Source: Ginglymostoma cirratum
Lineage: Eukaryota
Direction of reading: 5' to 3'
Assembly: GCA_024137785.1 (NCBI GenBank)
Contig: JAHRHZ010000062.1
Coordinates: 37,109,434-37,173,433 of the forward strand
Length of the DNA stretch: 64,000 nt
Made by a program: the position numbers and the translations under genes. Below are positions 11,863-52,411 of the stretch, in pieces. Below the pieces are notes generated by a model, which did not search any database, had not been told where the DNA came from, and saw nothing but the letters and a program-made list of their open reading frames with translations. Position 1 is the stretch's first letter. Each line of letters starts with the position of its first letter.

Positions 11863-11904
11863 TTTTTTTTTAAAAAAGAAAAAGACAGAAGGGACCTTTA
11901 AGAG

Positions 11905-12160
11905 TACAAGATCTTGTGGTACTGCAAGTAGTGTTCCGCATTCTAAAGACAAAAGCTTTGAGTTCAATTCCCACTCCAGGACTTCAGCCACAGAAGATGC
12001 ATTCATAGATTGGCCAAACTGGTTGATTATTAATCTGTCAATCCTTCTAATCTGCCAATACAGGAGGCAAGAAGAGTGTGTCTCCTGGTCAGCTATACTT
12101 AAGGAAGAGAAGTGCCCCTCAAACAGCCTCTTGCAACAGGGTGGTGACCTGTTCCAGTAA
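11905..12160 (+). mobile_element. tRNA-derived SINE, third family (related copies at 4552, 26948-27055, 30405-30510 and minus 57385-57645)
   Basis: Shared head tcttgtggt(g/a)cagtggtagtgtccct...ggttcaa(g/a)tccc and shared core ...gtgt(c)ataac..tgaacaggttgat. Confidence 0.6.
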
Positions 12161-12560
12161 AATCCAGCTATGGAAACAGTCAAAATGTTTTTGTCTGTCC
12201 CCAGCATCGCTAGACAAAGGGAAATCATTCAAGTTCTTTATGTTGCTCATTGCGTCAAAAATCTTACATCTGAATATCCGAGAATTGTAACATGGACAAC
12301 TGCAGATTAGACATCAATTAATCCCTTTGGCTCAAGGGAATCATCAACCAAGGCCATGCAATGCCTTCTTCAAATGGTGACAAACTCTTTAATGTTATCA
12401 GACTGTGTAGAGACACCCTGGTTGAACATCTCATCTTGGAAGGCTTACATTGGGTTCAAACAGTACTCAAGATAGTCATCTGACTTGAGGTAATTGGGCT
12501 GAACTAAATTCATGTTAAGACTATGAAATGACATGCATAGGCAAAGTTATTGTATTTCAG

Positions 12561-12566
12561 TTTATT
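12561..12566 (-). terminator. Likely ctsd polyadenylation signal AATAAA (3'UTR about 0.8 kb)
   Basis: First AATAAA seen on the minus strand downstream of the stop codon (plus strand tttatt). No repeat was recognised in the intervening sequence. Confidence 0.65.
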
Positions 12567-13369
12567 TGATTCCATCTAGTCCTATTATTACAATAGAACA
12601 AAATGTCAAATAATCCTAAAATAATTAAAATCTGTCATCTCTTAAATAAGAAATCTTCCCATTGTTTAACATTTCTAGATTCTACCTGTCATCCCTCCCC
12701 ACCAAATTTTCTTCACTTTTTTTGTAGTTCCATTTTTTTTGCCTCACCTTTGTGTGAATTAGCAGGAGTAAAGTTCCAGGTTTTTCTCTCTCTCCCTTCC
12801 TCCCTCCAATGGCATGATATTTCACCTAGCACTTTCATCATTAGGACCAAAATTCCTTCCTAGATTGGGTAAAGAGTACAAGTCCTTGACAAAACCAAAA
12901 ATCAGTGCAGTATCGCTGCCTCCTTGGAAACAAAATATACAGTCACTGTAATGTGATGTTCCATTTTACTAAGCATCACATTTTTAGATAAAAACAACAC
13001 ACAAGGTGGAATCTCAAGTGAAGCAAACCGGACTTGGAGCCATGAGCAGAAACAGATGTTACTTCAATAAGGAATGACCACATTAAGGCAAAATACTCCG
13101 ATTGCAAAGTGCAAAGTAAAGTAAAAACATATTGTGAAACAGAGCATCTAAATCACTGCAAAGAGAATTTTACATTCCCAATAGAACACTAACATTCTGC
13201 ACTTCCATGAGCTTGAAAGTAGATCAGCATATAATCAAGCACTTTGGAAGTCATTATGATAAAGTTACTAGTCTAAAGGATTCCCATGATTGTTGCTGCA
13301 AGTTAGTTTTGAACATTAGTGCACTTCAATTAACAATCCACTAGAATATTGATAATGTGGTCGCCATTG

Positions 13370-43113
<29,744 letters not shown>

Positions 43114-43230
43114 AGCAGCAGCTAAAAGATCCGCACAGCTCCTATCTGTGTCAACTCGAATATAAAAAAAAGCATCCGTTCACCCCACCTCCCCCCCAGA
43201 ACGCCCCGCCTTGAAGCTGCATAACAACCT
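43114..43230 (-). promoter_or_regulatory. ctsd 5'UTR and proximal promoter with a GC box
   Basis: GGCGGGGCGT (Sp1-type GC box) on the minus strand at 43201-43210, about 90 nt upstream of the ATG. CpGs are locally more frequent from about 42000 to 43450. Confidence 0.5.
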
Positions 43231-44764
43231 ATTAAAACAATTACAAACTGTCCTCCTGTAGGATTCTTTCCCTCAGCGAGTTTCTCATTCATTTACAGGC
43301 TTGTCAGCATCAACAGGCTTCAGGAAAATTACGAAATCATATTGCTTTCATTGGGAGCTATCATTTTTGTCATCGGAGTTGTTGATCTGCCTGAGCAATC
43401 TGTGTTCATATCCAGAGTGCCGGCTTGACCCTCATGCACGCAGTGGCTGCCTATCAGAGCAACTTGTTTTCAAGTTCTTTTTTATTCACACTTTCCACAG
43501 TTGTTGCATTTTGCTTTGCAACTATAGTTCTGTGTCAAACTCCATCCTGTCGCAGAGCCATTTGCCCTAGAGGCAAGATGGGTGTTGGAAGGGCTGCCCA
43601 TCCACAAATAACAACTGAGGTTGGGAAATGGCCTCAAGGAGGTCAACTGTCAGAGTCTGAATGGAGTTTAAGCCCAAAAAGTGGCTTCTCATGGGTGGGT
43701 AGGGGAGGAATGAGGAGTTGGGGAATCGGGTGAGGTAGTGGCTGCATTTCAGGGAAGCTATAAGGACATCTCCAACTGTCTGCCACAGCCATCCTGCAAA
43801 AGAGTTTCCCCTCAACTGTAGTGTCCTGGTTGCTGAGGTCTACATTTTTCATCTGAAATATTTAAAAGTTGCAGAGAATACATGTCCAGATGTAGGTGTC
43901 CTCTGACTTGAACTGTAAGCTACCTCTGTTTTGAAGCTGGAGGGCTTCCCCTGGGCCAATGTCATGTGCATGGGTTGATATCCCTGTTTGCAGGTGGTGC
44001 AGTAGGTTCTCTGAGCAACCCTCTACCCATCCAGACTTAGCTGTAGCCATGAAGTGCCACTGGATAGTGTGAAAATGCGTCTAATGCCTGTACAGAGTGA
44101 CTCATAACTACATCAAAATTTAACATCAAGAACATTTATGCTTAAACTGAGAGTGACGTTCAAGCATCTGTAACCCATGCCAACAAAGTGCCATCAAAAT
44201 GTCTTCTTCTTTCAGGCGTGTTTCTTCCTTGGTCAGCTGAGGAGCTGTCACAATTTCCACACTGTGCCTACAATTTCTATCAGTTTCTAGGTTGATGGGG
44301 GATACACCAGGCAGCTTTCCTGATGCCTCCTCTGACAGCTTGGTAGTCATGTCCTCAGAGGTCCAGGAAGACACTTCTCGGAGAGCCAGGCCTTTGAGCA
44401 TACAGGTTAGCTGAATCTGTAAGAGAGAGGAGGTGTCATAGCCAATGGTTAGACGTGGTGTGCAATGATTAAGAGTGACAGTGAGGTTAACATGACAGTT
44501 GCAGTGGAATGCAGAGTGGTACTTTGGTTAGTGCTAATGCATTCAGAGTGAAGTGGCCCTGAAATGGCAGAACATATGCATACAAAGTTAATGGTGTGGA
44601 AGATTTGTACGATAGGGGCACGGTAGCAAGAGCAAGTAAGAAAAGGTGTTGCATGTAATAGAATGACAGAGCATGAGCTTTTAAAAATGGTGCTGGCACA
44701 AAGGTTGCCAATGTTACAGTGACTTTTGCAGAGTTTTGAATTGGCCTGGGAAGGGCAGAAAAGT

Positions 44765-45080
44765 GGGGTGGCACAGTAGCACAGTGGTTAGCACTGCTGC
44801 ATCACAGTGCTAGGGATCCGGGTTCAATTCCAGCCTCAGGAGACTGTCTGTGTGGAGTTTGCACATTCTCCGTGTGTCTGCGTGGGTTTCCTCTGGGTGC
44901 TCCAGTTTCCTCCCACAGCCCAAAGATGTGCAGGTTAGGTGGATTGGCCATGCTAAATTGCCTGTAGTGTTCAGGGATGAGTAGATTAGGGGGGTGGGTC
45001 TGGATGGGATGCTCTGAGGTTCAGTGTGGACTTGTTGGACCAAAGGGCCTGTTTCCACAATGTAGGGATTCTATGAATCT
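44765..45080 (+). mobile_element. HE1-type V-SINE, full length
   Basis: A and B boxes, V core GGAGTTTGCACATTCTCCGTGTGTCTGCGTGGGTTTCC and tail GTAGGGATTCTATGA. Confidence 0.93.
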
Positions 45081-45289
45081 GACATGAGAGAGACCATGGG
45101 CCATGGTAGCAATGAATGAGGCATGTTTGGTAAGGTAGGACAAAAAATCCCATTGCAAAAAAATATACAGTTTGGACATAGCTAACAAAAGGAATGAATC
45201 AGCCCAGTGAGTGGTAACAAATGTTCTGTTAGATTCATCAATGCCAGTTACCCATGTCCAGCCCTTGTGTAACAAAATATAACATAAGC

Positions 45290-46200
45290 ATTGCCATATC
45301 AGGTACAAATACCCTGCAAAGCACTCATGACATTTACCAGGGTATAGAATTCGGACTGCAAAGGTTACTCTTGAGGCTTCAGTGTTTTGGTTTGACAACT
45401 TGGAGAAATGGTGCTACAATTTTTGTTGGTATCATAGAAGAAAGACAGAATAGAAGATCCAGGTATAAATATCTATTAGCTAGTAAATGTAACATCTTCA
45501 AAACTTAGTCAAAATAGAAATGGGACCAGCTATGGAGGTTCCCACAGAAAGTGATCCAGGGATGGCCTAGCATACAATAAACATAGTCAACAATACGGCA
45601 ATACGGGACTGCCAGAGGTTATGGTTCAACAGTGTTGTGCGAACTGGATCTGGAATAATCATACCCAAAACAAGAAGCACCTCTCCAGGAGGTAGATGAA
45701 GGCAACATAGGAGTCAGGAAGTGTAAACTCAGAGCCAGTTCAGCTGTGCATGAATAGACATACACATTGAAGACGTGGCGTCTATATGCAGTGTATAGCA
45801 AAAGTACAAAAACAAACAGTAGTTAGAGGAGATGGTAGCCATAGACATGCCACCTGGAACATGGCAAACTGTGGGAGTTGGTCTATTAACAATCAAGAAC
45901 GGTGTCTCATAGTCACCAACTACTACTTGAAATTCCATTTTACTCCGATGATGAAAAACTTGAGAGCCACAACAATCATCCCAGCAGTATGCGATCTGTT
46001 TGGTCGGTAAGGAATTCTGGGAAGATTCATATATGGCAATGACACCCAGGTCACAAACTTGGAATTTAAGGAATTCTCTGAACATCATCTCCTAATCAAC
46101 ACATTACCCTGGAGGACACAGGTTTATGTAAAGCCATGTCTAGATGGTCAAAGGAAGCTGTGAGAAATGTCAAAAAACAACGGAAGACCCAAACTTTCCT
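45290..46200 (+). mobile_element. Gypsy pol fossil (post-RNase H region and integrase)
   Basis: LQRLLLRLQ, EGNIGVRKCKLRA (H2C2 zinc-finger region), PPGTWQTVG, CLIVTNYYLKF and GNDTQV..LEFKEF. Confidence 0.8.
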
Positions 46201-46204
46201 TTGG

Positions 46205-46477
46205 AGATCGTAAGAACTGCCGATGCTGGAGTCAGAGTCAACGAAGTGTGGAGCTAAAGGAACACAGCAGATCAGGCAGCATCAGAGGAACAGGAAAGTC
46301 AACGTTTTGTTTCAGGACCCTTCTTCAGAACTGGGAAGGGGGCAGGGAGCTCTGAAATAAATAAGGGGAGGATGGGTGGGGCTGGGGGAGGGTAGGTAGA
46401 GTGGTGATAGGTGGATACAGGTCGGGGGTAGTGGGGATTGGCTGGTGGGAAAGTTGGGGCAGTTAGGTAGAAAAGAA
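46205..46477 (-). mobile_element. Older PLE terminal fragment (continues at 48741-48800)
   Basis: Matches the PLE terminus, with a degenerate hammerhead at about 46297-46332. Confidence 0.75.
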
Positions 46478-46527
46478 GTAGAGATAAAAGGTACTGCAGA
46501 TGCTGGAGAATCCAAGATAACAAGCAT

Positions 46528-46927
46528 NNNNNNNNNNNNNNNNNNNNNNNNNNNNNNNNNNNNNNNNNNNNNNNNNNNNNNNNNNNNNNNNNNNNNNNNN
46601 NNNNNNNNNNNNNNNNNNNNNNNNNNNNNNNNNNNNNNNNNNNNNNNNNNNNNNNNNNNNNNNNNNNNNNNNNNNNNNNNNNNNNNNNNNNNNNNNNNNN
46701 NNNNNNNNNNNNNNNNNNNNNNNNNNNNNNNNNNNNNNNNNNNNNNNNNNNNNNNNNNNNNNNNNNNNNNNNNNNNNNNNNNNNNNNNNNNNNNNNNNNN
46801 NNNNNNNNNNNNNNNNNNNNNNNNNNNNNNNNNNNNNNNNNNNNNNNNNNNNNNNNNNNNNNNNNNNNNNNNNNNNNNNNNNNNNNNNNNNNNNNNNNNN
46901 NNNNNNNNNNNNNNNNNNNNNNNNNNN
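46528..46927. other. Assembly gap (400 N)
   Basis: Run of N. Confidence 1.
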
Positions 46928-46990
46928 CAAGATAACAAGCATTGGGCTGGATGAACACAGCAGGTCAAGCAGCATCATAGGAGCAGGAAA

Positions 46991-47026
46991 ACTTGACGTT
47001 TCGGGCCTAAACCCTTCATCAGAAAT
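46991..47026 (-). ncRNA. Minimal type I hammerhead ribozyme motif in the PLE pLTR, intact, GUC cleavage triplet
   Basis: AUUU-CUGAUGA-A-GGGU(UUAG)GCCC-GAAACGU-C-AAGU. Confidence 0.75.
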
Positions 47027-47617
47027 GGGGGAGGGGAAGAGGGTTCTGAAATAAATAGGGAGAGAGGGGGAGGCGGATAGAGGATGGATAGAGGAGAGGA
47101 TAGGTGGAGAGGAGGCAGACAAGTCGAAGAGGCGGGGATGGAGCCAGTAAAGGTGAGTGTAGGTAGGGGGTAGGGAGGAGATAGGTCAGTCCAGGGAGGA
47201 CGGACAGGTCAAGGGGGCAGGATGATGTTAGTAGATAGGAGATGGGGGTGTGGCTTGAGGTGGGAGGAGGGGATAGGTGAGAGGAAGAACAGGTTAGGGA
47301 GGTGGAGATGAGCTGGGCTGGTTTTGGGATGCGGTTGGGGGAGGGGAGATTTTGAAGCTTGTGAAATCCACATTGATGCCATTGGGCTGCAGGGTTCCCA
47401 GGCTGAATATGATTTGCTGTTCCTGCAGCCTTCGGGTGGCATCACTGTGGCATTGTAGGAGGCCCAGGATGGACATGTCATCTGAGGAATGGGAGGGGGA
47501 GTTGAAATGGTTCGCGACTGGGAGGTGCTGTTGTTTGTTGCGAACTGAACGCAGGTGTTCTGCAAAGCGATCCCCAAGCCTCCGCTTGGTTTCCCCGATG
47601 TAGAGGAAGCCACAACG

Positions 47618-47717
47618 NNNNNNNNNNNNNNNNNNNNNNNNNNNNNNNNNNNNNNNNNNNNNNNNNNNNNNNNNNNNNNNNNNNNNNNNNNNNNNNNNNN
47701 NNNNNNNNNNNNNNNNN
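47618..47717. other. Assembly gap (100 N)
   Basis: Run of N. Confidence 1.
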
Positions 47718-48799
47718 CCGGAGGTTGGTGGGGTGGTATGTGAGGACGAGGGGGATTCCTTTTTGGTTATTATTGCGGGGACGGGGCATGAGGGATGTGT
47801 TCCGGGAAACACGGGAGACACGGTCGAGGGCGTTCTCGATCGCTGTGGGGGGGAGGTTGCGGTCCTTGAAGAATGAGGACATTTGAGATGTACGGGAGTG
47901 GAATGTCTCATCCTGGGAGCAGATGCGGCAGAGGCGAAGGAATTGGGAATAGGGGATGGCATGTTTGCAGGAAGGTGAGTGGGAGGAGGTGTATTCCAGG
48001 TAGCTGTGGGAGTCAGTGGGCTTGAAATGGACATCGGTTTCTAGGTGGTTACCCGAGATGGAGACAGAGAGGTCCAGGAAGGAGAGAGAAGTGTTGGAGA
48101 TGGTCCAGGTGAACTTTAGGTTGGGGTGGAAGGTGTTGGTGAAGTGGATGAACTGTTCGAGCTCCTCGTGGGAGCACCATTCCTCAGATGACATGTCCAT
48201 CCTGGGCCTCCTGCAATGCCACAGTGATGCCACCCGAAGGCTGCAGGAACAGCAAATCATATTCAGCCTGGGAACCCTGCAGCTCAATGACATCAATGTG
48301 GATTTCACAAGCTTCAAAATCTCCCCTCCCCCAACCGCATTCCAAAACCAGCCCAGCTCATCTCCACCTCCCTAACCTGTTCTTCCTCTCACCTATCCCC
48401 TCCTCCCACCTCAAGCCACACCCCCATCTCCTATCTACTAACATCATCCCGCCCCCTTGACCTGTCCGTCGTCCCCGGACTGACCTATCTCCTCCCTATC
48501 CCCCTACCTACACTCACCTTTACTGGCTCCATCCCCGCCTCTTCGACTTGTCTGCCTCCTCTCCACCTATCCTCTCCACTATCCATCCTCTATCCGCCTC
48601 CCCCTCTCTCCCTATTTATTTCAGAACCCTCTTCCCCTCCCCCATTTCTGATGAAGGATCTAGGCCCAAAACGTCAAGTTTTCCTGCTCCTATGATGCTG
48701 CTTGACCTGCTGTGTTCATCCAGCCCAATGCTTGTTATCTAGGTAGAAAAGAATGGACAGGTTGTGTCAGGTCAAGGAGGTGAGAAGGAGGAGGGCTGG

Positions 48800-49290
48800 G
48801 GATTTATTGTCACTCTAATCCACATCCTTCAAGCAAAATACAAAGTGACCAGAGGGAAATGAGACAACTCACTGAAGCACAAGAAAGAAGGTCAGCTCTT
48901 TACAAAATATACTAAATTCCTACCTGCTCTGTTAAAAGGACAAATTGTACCAATCATGTTCCAATCATGAAAAGCAGGAGCCAACAAACATTGTTACTGA
49001 AGTTACATTCTAAGGGCATGGATAGTTGATTCTGAAACTTGTAAGGAAATGAGAAAGTTAAAAAAAAATCCAAATTTGACTTACAGTGGAGAAAAGATTA
49101 TTAACAGAACATTAGAAACATCACTCTCCAGCAAGACAATGCCAGCAAGGGAAAGCATGGCTCATGCAACACCAGGATCCATCCTCCAAACATGGCCTAG
49201 GCAGTGAGCCAACTCAACACAGGCAACATCATGTACCAAATCTGCAGGACAATGGAACATCTTACCACCTAAGCAATACCTTTAACAATA
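48800..49290 (+). mobile_element. Gypsy integrase C-terminal fossil, probable continuation of 45290-46200
   Basis: EPTNIVTEV..RAWIVDSETCKEMRK resembles the WxPxxVxx..PRSYxV...RRN pattern. The segment ends ILPPKQYL*. Confidence 0.5.
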
Positions 49291-49477
49291 TTTTTTGAGA
49301 ATGATATGCAGTATAAACAATCTCTAAAACTAGAGCTTATTTTATTTCCAAAAATAAAAAGAAGCTGATAGATAATCTTTAGTCAAGAAAGGTTAATGGC
49401 TCGAAGTCACAATGATAGGGGCATTATGTTTTAAGGAGCTGTAAAGAGCTGGGGTCTAATTAGCCAGGAATCAATAG

Positions 49478-49961
49478 GCCTCCTACAGTGTCACAACAAT
49501 GCCACCCGGAAACTGGAGAAACAGCACCTCATATTCTGCCTTGGGAGCCTACAACCCAGTGGTCTCAATGTGGACTTTACTAGCTTCAAAATCTCCCCAC
49601 CCCTGACCTCACCCCAAGACCAGCTGCGCTCCCCCCCCCCATCACCGCCTCCTTGACCTGTCTATCTTCCTTCCACCTATCCGCTCGTCCCTCCTCACTG
49701 ACTAACCCCCATCTCCACTTCCTACCTACACTCACCTTTACTAGCTTCATTCCCACCTCCTTGACCTGTCCATCTTATCTCCCACCTATCCGCTCCACTA
49801 TCCACCTTCTTTCCCCGCCACCCCACTCTCTCTATTTATTTCAGAGCCCCCTTCCCCTTCCCCATTTCTGAAGAAGGGTCCAGACCCAAAATGTCAACTT
49901 TCCTGCTCCTCTGATGCTGCCTAGCCTGCTGTGTTCCTCCACCTCCACACCTTGTTACCCC
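49478..49961 (+). mobile_element. PLE 3' fragment (GIY-YIG C-terminus and pLTR with degenerate hammerhead) with an 8-bp TSD
   Basis: GLLQCHNNATRKLEKQHLIFCLGSLQPSGLNVDF. ATCAATAG at 49470-49477 and 49962-49969. Confidence 0.85.
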
Positions 49962-50415
49962 ATCAATAGTATTGTAATTTTTCCAATGCAGGCACATTCA
50001 TGGCTACAGTGGGGAGTCATCTATTCTGTACCATAACACTGACCAAGGCAATCTCCCAGCAGAGGCAGTGTGGGAAGTTAGAATTAGCTAGGAAAAGATG
50101 GCATATTTGTGATGGCAGGGTAAGGGGGAAAAAGGAATAAATAGTTAAGTGGAGATGGAGCCCAAAGAGAGACAAAGAAAGTTATGCAGACAAAGGAATG
50201 GTTGGCAGTAAGCCAGGGGAGAAAAAATAGGCTGATAATGGGGACAATGAGTAGGTGAAAATTGTATAGCTGTGCTGAAAGCAACAAATGCCATGACAGC
50301 AACTTTTGTTTTTGTTGTCAATGCCATGACAGGGCCTGAAAGTGTTGAGGGAGAGGGTTACCCCACAATGCAATAGCTATAGTTACCATGCAGCAAACAT
50401 TATACATTTAAGTTC

Positions 50416-50453
50416 AGTTCTGAGGAAGGGTCACCGGACCTGAAACGTTAACT
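50416..50453 (+). ncRNA. Minimal type I hammerhead motif within a PLE-terminal element (50415-50552)
   Basis: AGUU-CUGAGGA-A-GGGUC(ACCG)GACCU-GAAACGU-U-AACU. Confidence 0.7.
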
Positions 50454-50574
50454 TTGTTTTCTCCTTCAGAGATGCTGCCAGACCTGCTGAGCTTTTCCAG
50501 CAACTTTGTTTTTGTTCCTGATTCACAGCATCCGCAGTTCTTTTGGTTTTATTTAAACATTACGGCCTTGTACG

Positions 50575-51430
50575 AGAGGAGTTGTCAAGATAAACCCAGC
50601 AATTACAAATCAGTCAGTTTAACGTCAGTGGTGGGAAGCTATTTGGGATAGAATTAGTAGTCACATGGATAAAAGTGGGTTGGTTTGGAAAAGTCAGCAT
50701 AGATTTCCAAAGGGGATATCATGTTTAATTAACTTGTTGGAGATTTCTGAATCGGTAGCAAGCAGGCTCGATGTGGGTATCACTGTTAATGTGGTATATA
50801 CTGTGGACTTCTAGAAGCTGCTTCATATGGTGCTACTCAACAGACTTGTGAGGAAAGTTATAGGTCATGGAAGAAAAGGGCAACATGGATACAAAATTGG
50901 CTGAGTGATAGGAAACAGTGTGTAATGGTCAATGGATAATTGTCAGGTGGGAGGAAAATTTGTGGTGACATTCCCAGGGGTTAGGATTAGGACCCTTGTT
51001 TTTCCTGAAATATATAAGTGGCCTTCATTTTGGTGGACAAGGGGCAATTTCAAAGCTTACAGATGACATAAAACTTTTAAGAATTTTAAACTGTGAGGAA
51101 GATACCATAGAAATCCAAAGTGGTGTTCCATCCAGAGTAGAGGTACTTGTTAGACATCAGCCAAAGTGTACAGTTGTGGGTGCCACATTATAGGAAAGAT
51201 GTTAACTCATTGGAGAGAGCACAGTGGTGATTTGCAAAAGTGGTTCCAATTATGAGAATAGATTGAAGACGTTGGGACTGTTCTCTTTGGAGAGAAGGTG
51301 GCTAGGAAGAGAACTAATGGAGATTTTCAAAATTATGTGCAGCTTGAATAGAGTAGATAGGGAGAAATTGTTTCTACTCATATAAGAAGCACAAGAGGGC
51401 ATAGATATAAGGTGATTTGCAGAAGAAGCA
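50575..51430 (+). mobile_element. CR1 LINE RT fragment, degenerate
   Basis: DKPSNYKSVSLTSVVG, SQHRFPKG and ISKLTDDIKL remnants. Confidence 0.8.
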
Positions 51431-52411
51431 AGCAGATCAAAGGCCTGGATATTCCAATCGGACCAACAGTGTCAGAGTGCACACTTGACTTGCATATTGG
51501 AAGAATGATGAAGTGCGCATTCAAATGCACTTCAAGCAGACCATCCTTCAATTGGAGATTCTAATTCAGGGATTTACCAGGGATTCCAGAAAACAAAAAA
51601 AATGCTGCTCTTTAAATGAAAATGAAGTTGTAATATTTGGCTTGATCCTCTGAAGATGTGACAGTATGTGGGTGAATCTTTTTAAGTTCATTTCTTTGCT
51701 AATCCAAGAGTTTGGATAAGTGGCACAGACAACTCATGAAGGTGAGTTAGAAGAAGTTAAAGTTATTTAAGTAGTCTATTATCTTAAAGGGTGTGCATGA
51801 AAGGGGAAAATATTAATGATTCTCAAACATTTTAAGACTATAAGGGTATTTATTGCTTTAACAAACCTTTAGCTGTTTCAAAGGTCCTGTTGCTTCCTGT
51901 TAGGCTGCACGGTCAGAAGGTTGTAACGCATAATTACTCTGTAATGATGCCTGATGCACTGAACTTTTAGACTCTCTTTAATGTTGATCTTGACAAATGT
52001 TTTAAAGCGCAGAAAGAGTTCTGTAGAATTTCAAAATCACTTACTGAATGACTGAGATTGAGCTGAAAGCGAATGTTATGTTTCACTTTGAACAGGTATT
52101 ACAGAATCCTTTAAGTGCAGAAACTGTTAGCAGGAGATGTGTTTGCCATCTTCTTCCTCAGCCTTCAACCTTCAATGATCATGATGCTTTTGTTGGGGAC
52201 ATGACAGACACAGGGATTATGAAAGGACATTCTGGCCACATCTGAGGTTCCATGTGTGGAAGGTCAAGCATATAGACGGAGGGCATGATACAAGATTGTG
52301 TCTGTGGAATTCTGTGTGCAGAGATCACACACCAACAAGGACATGACGGGATGCCTGTGTAAAATGTTGAATGAAAACTTGGCACCAATCTCAAGACACC
52401 ACACTGCCTCA

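Larger units (their letters stand above)
46478..48740 (-). mobile_element. Young Penelope-like element: RT C-terminus, GIY-YIG endonuclease and inverted pseudo-LTR, with a 14-bp TSD
   Basis: FIHFTNTFHPNLKFT, FLDLSV, KPTDSHSYL, IPYSQFLRL and PLVLTYHP, then LYIGETKRRLGDRFAEH..VANHFN..PNGIN. Arms 46930-47492 and 48177-48740 are inverted. TSD TAGGTAGAAAAGAA at 46464-46477 and 48740-48753. Confidence 0.93.

Noticed and set aside
43955-43970. CCAAT plus GTCATGTG (M-box/CLEAR-like) about 850 bp upstream of the ctsd ATG; also GTCACATGA at 1562-1570
   Set aside because: Short motifs like these are expected by chance. No canonical GTCACGTGAC was seen in the proximal promoter, and the calls cannot be supported without conservation data.
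46299-47122. ORFs of about 170-220 aa
   Set aside because: They are artefacts of reading through the N gap.
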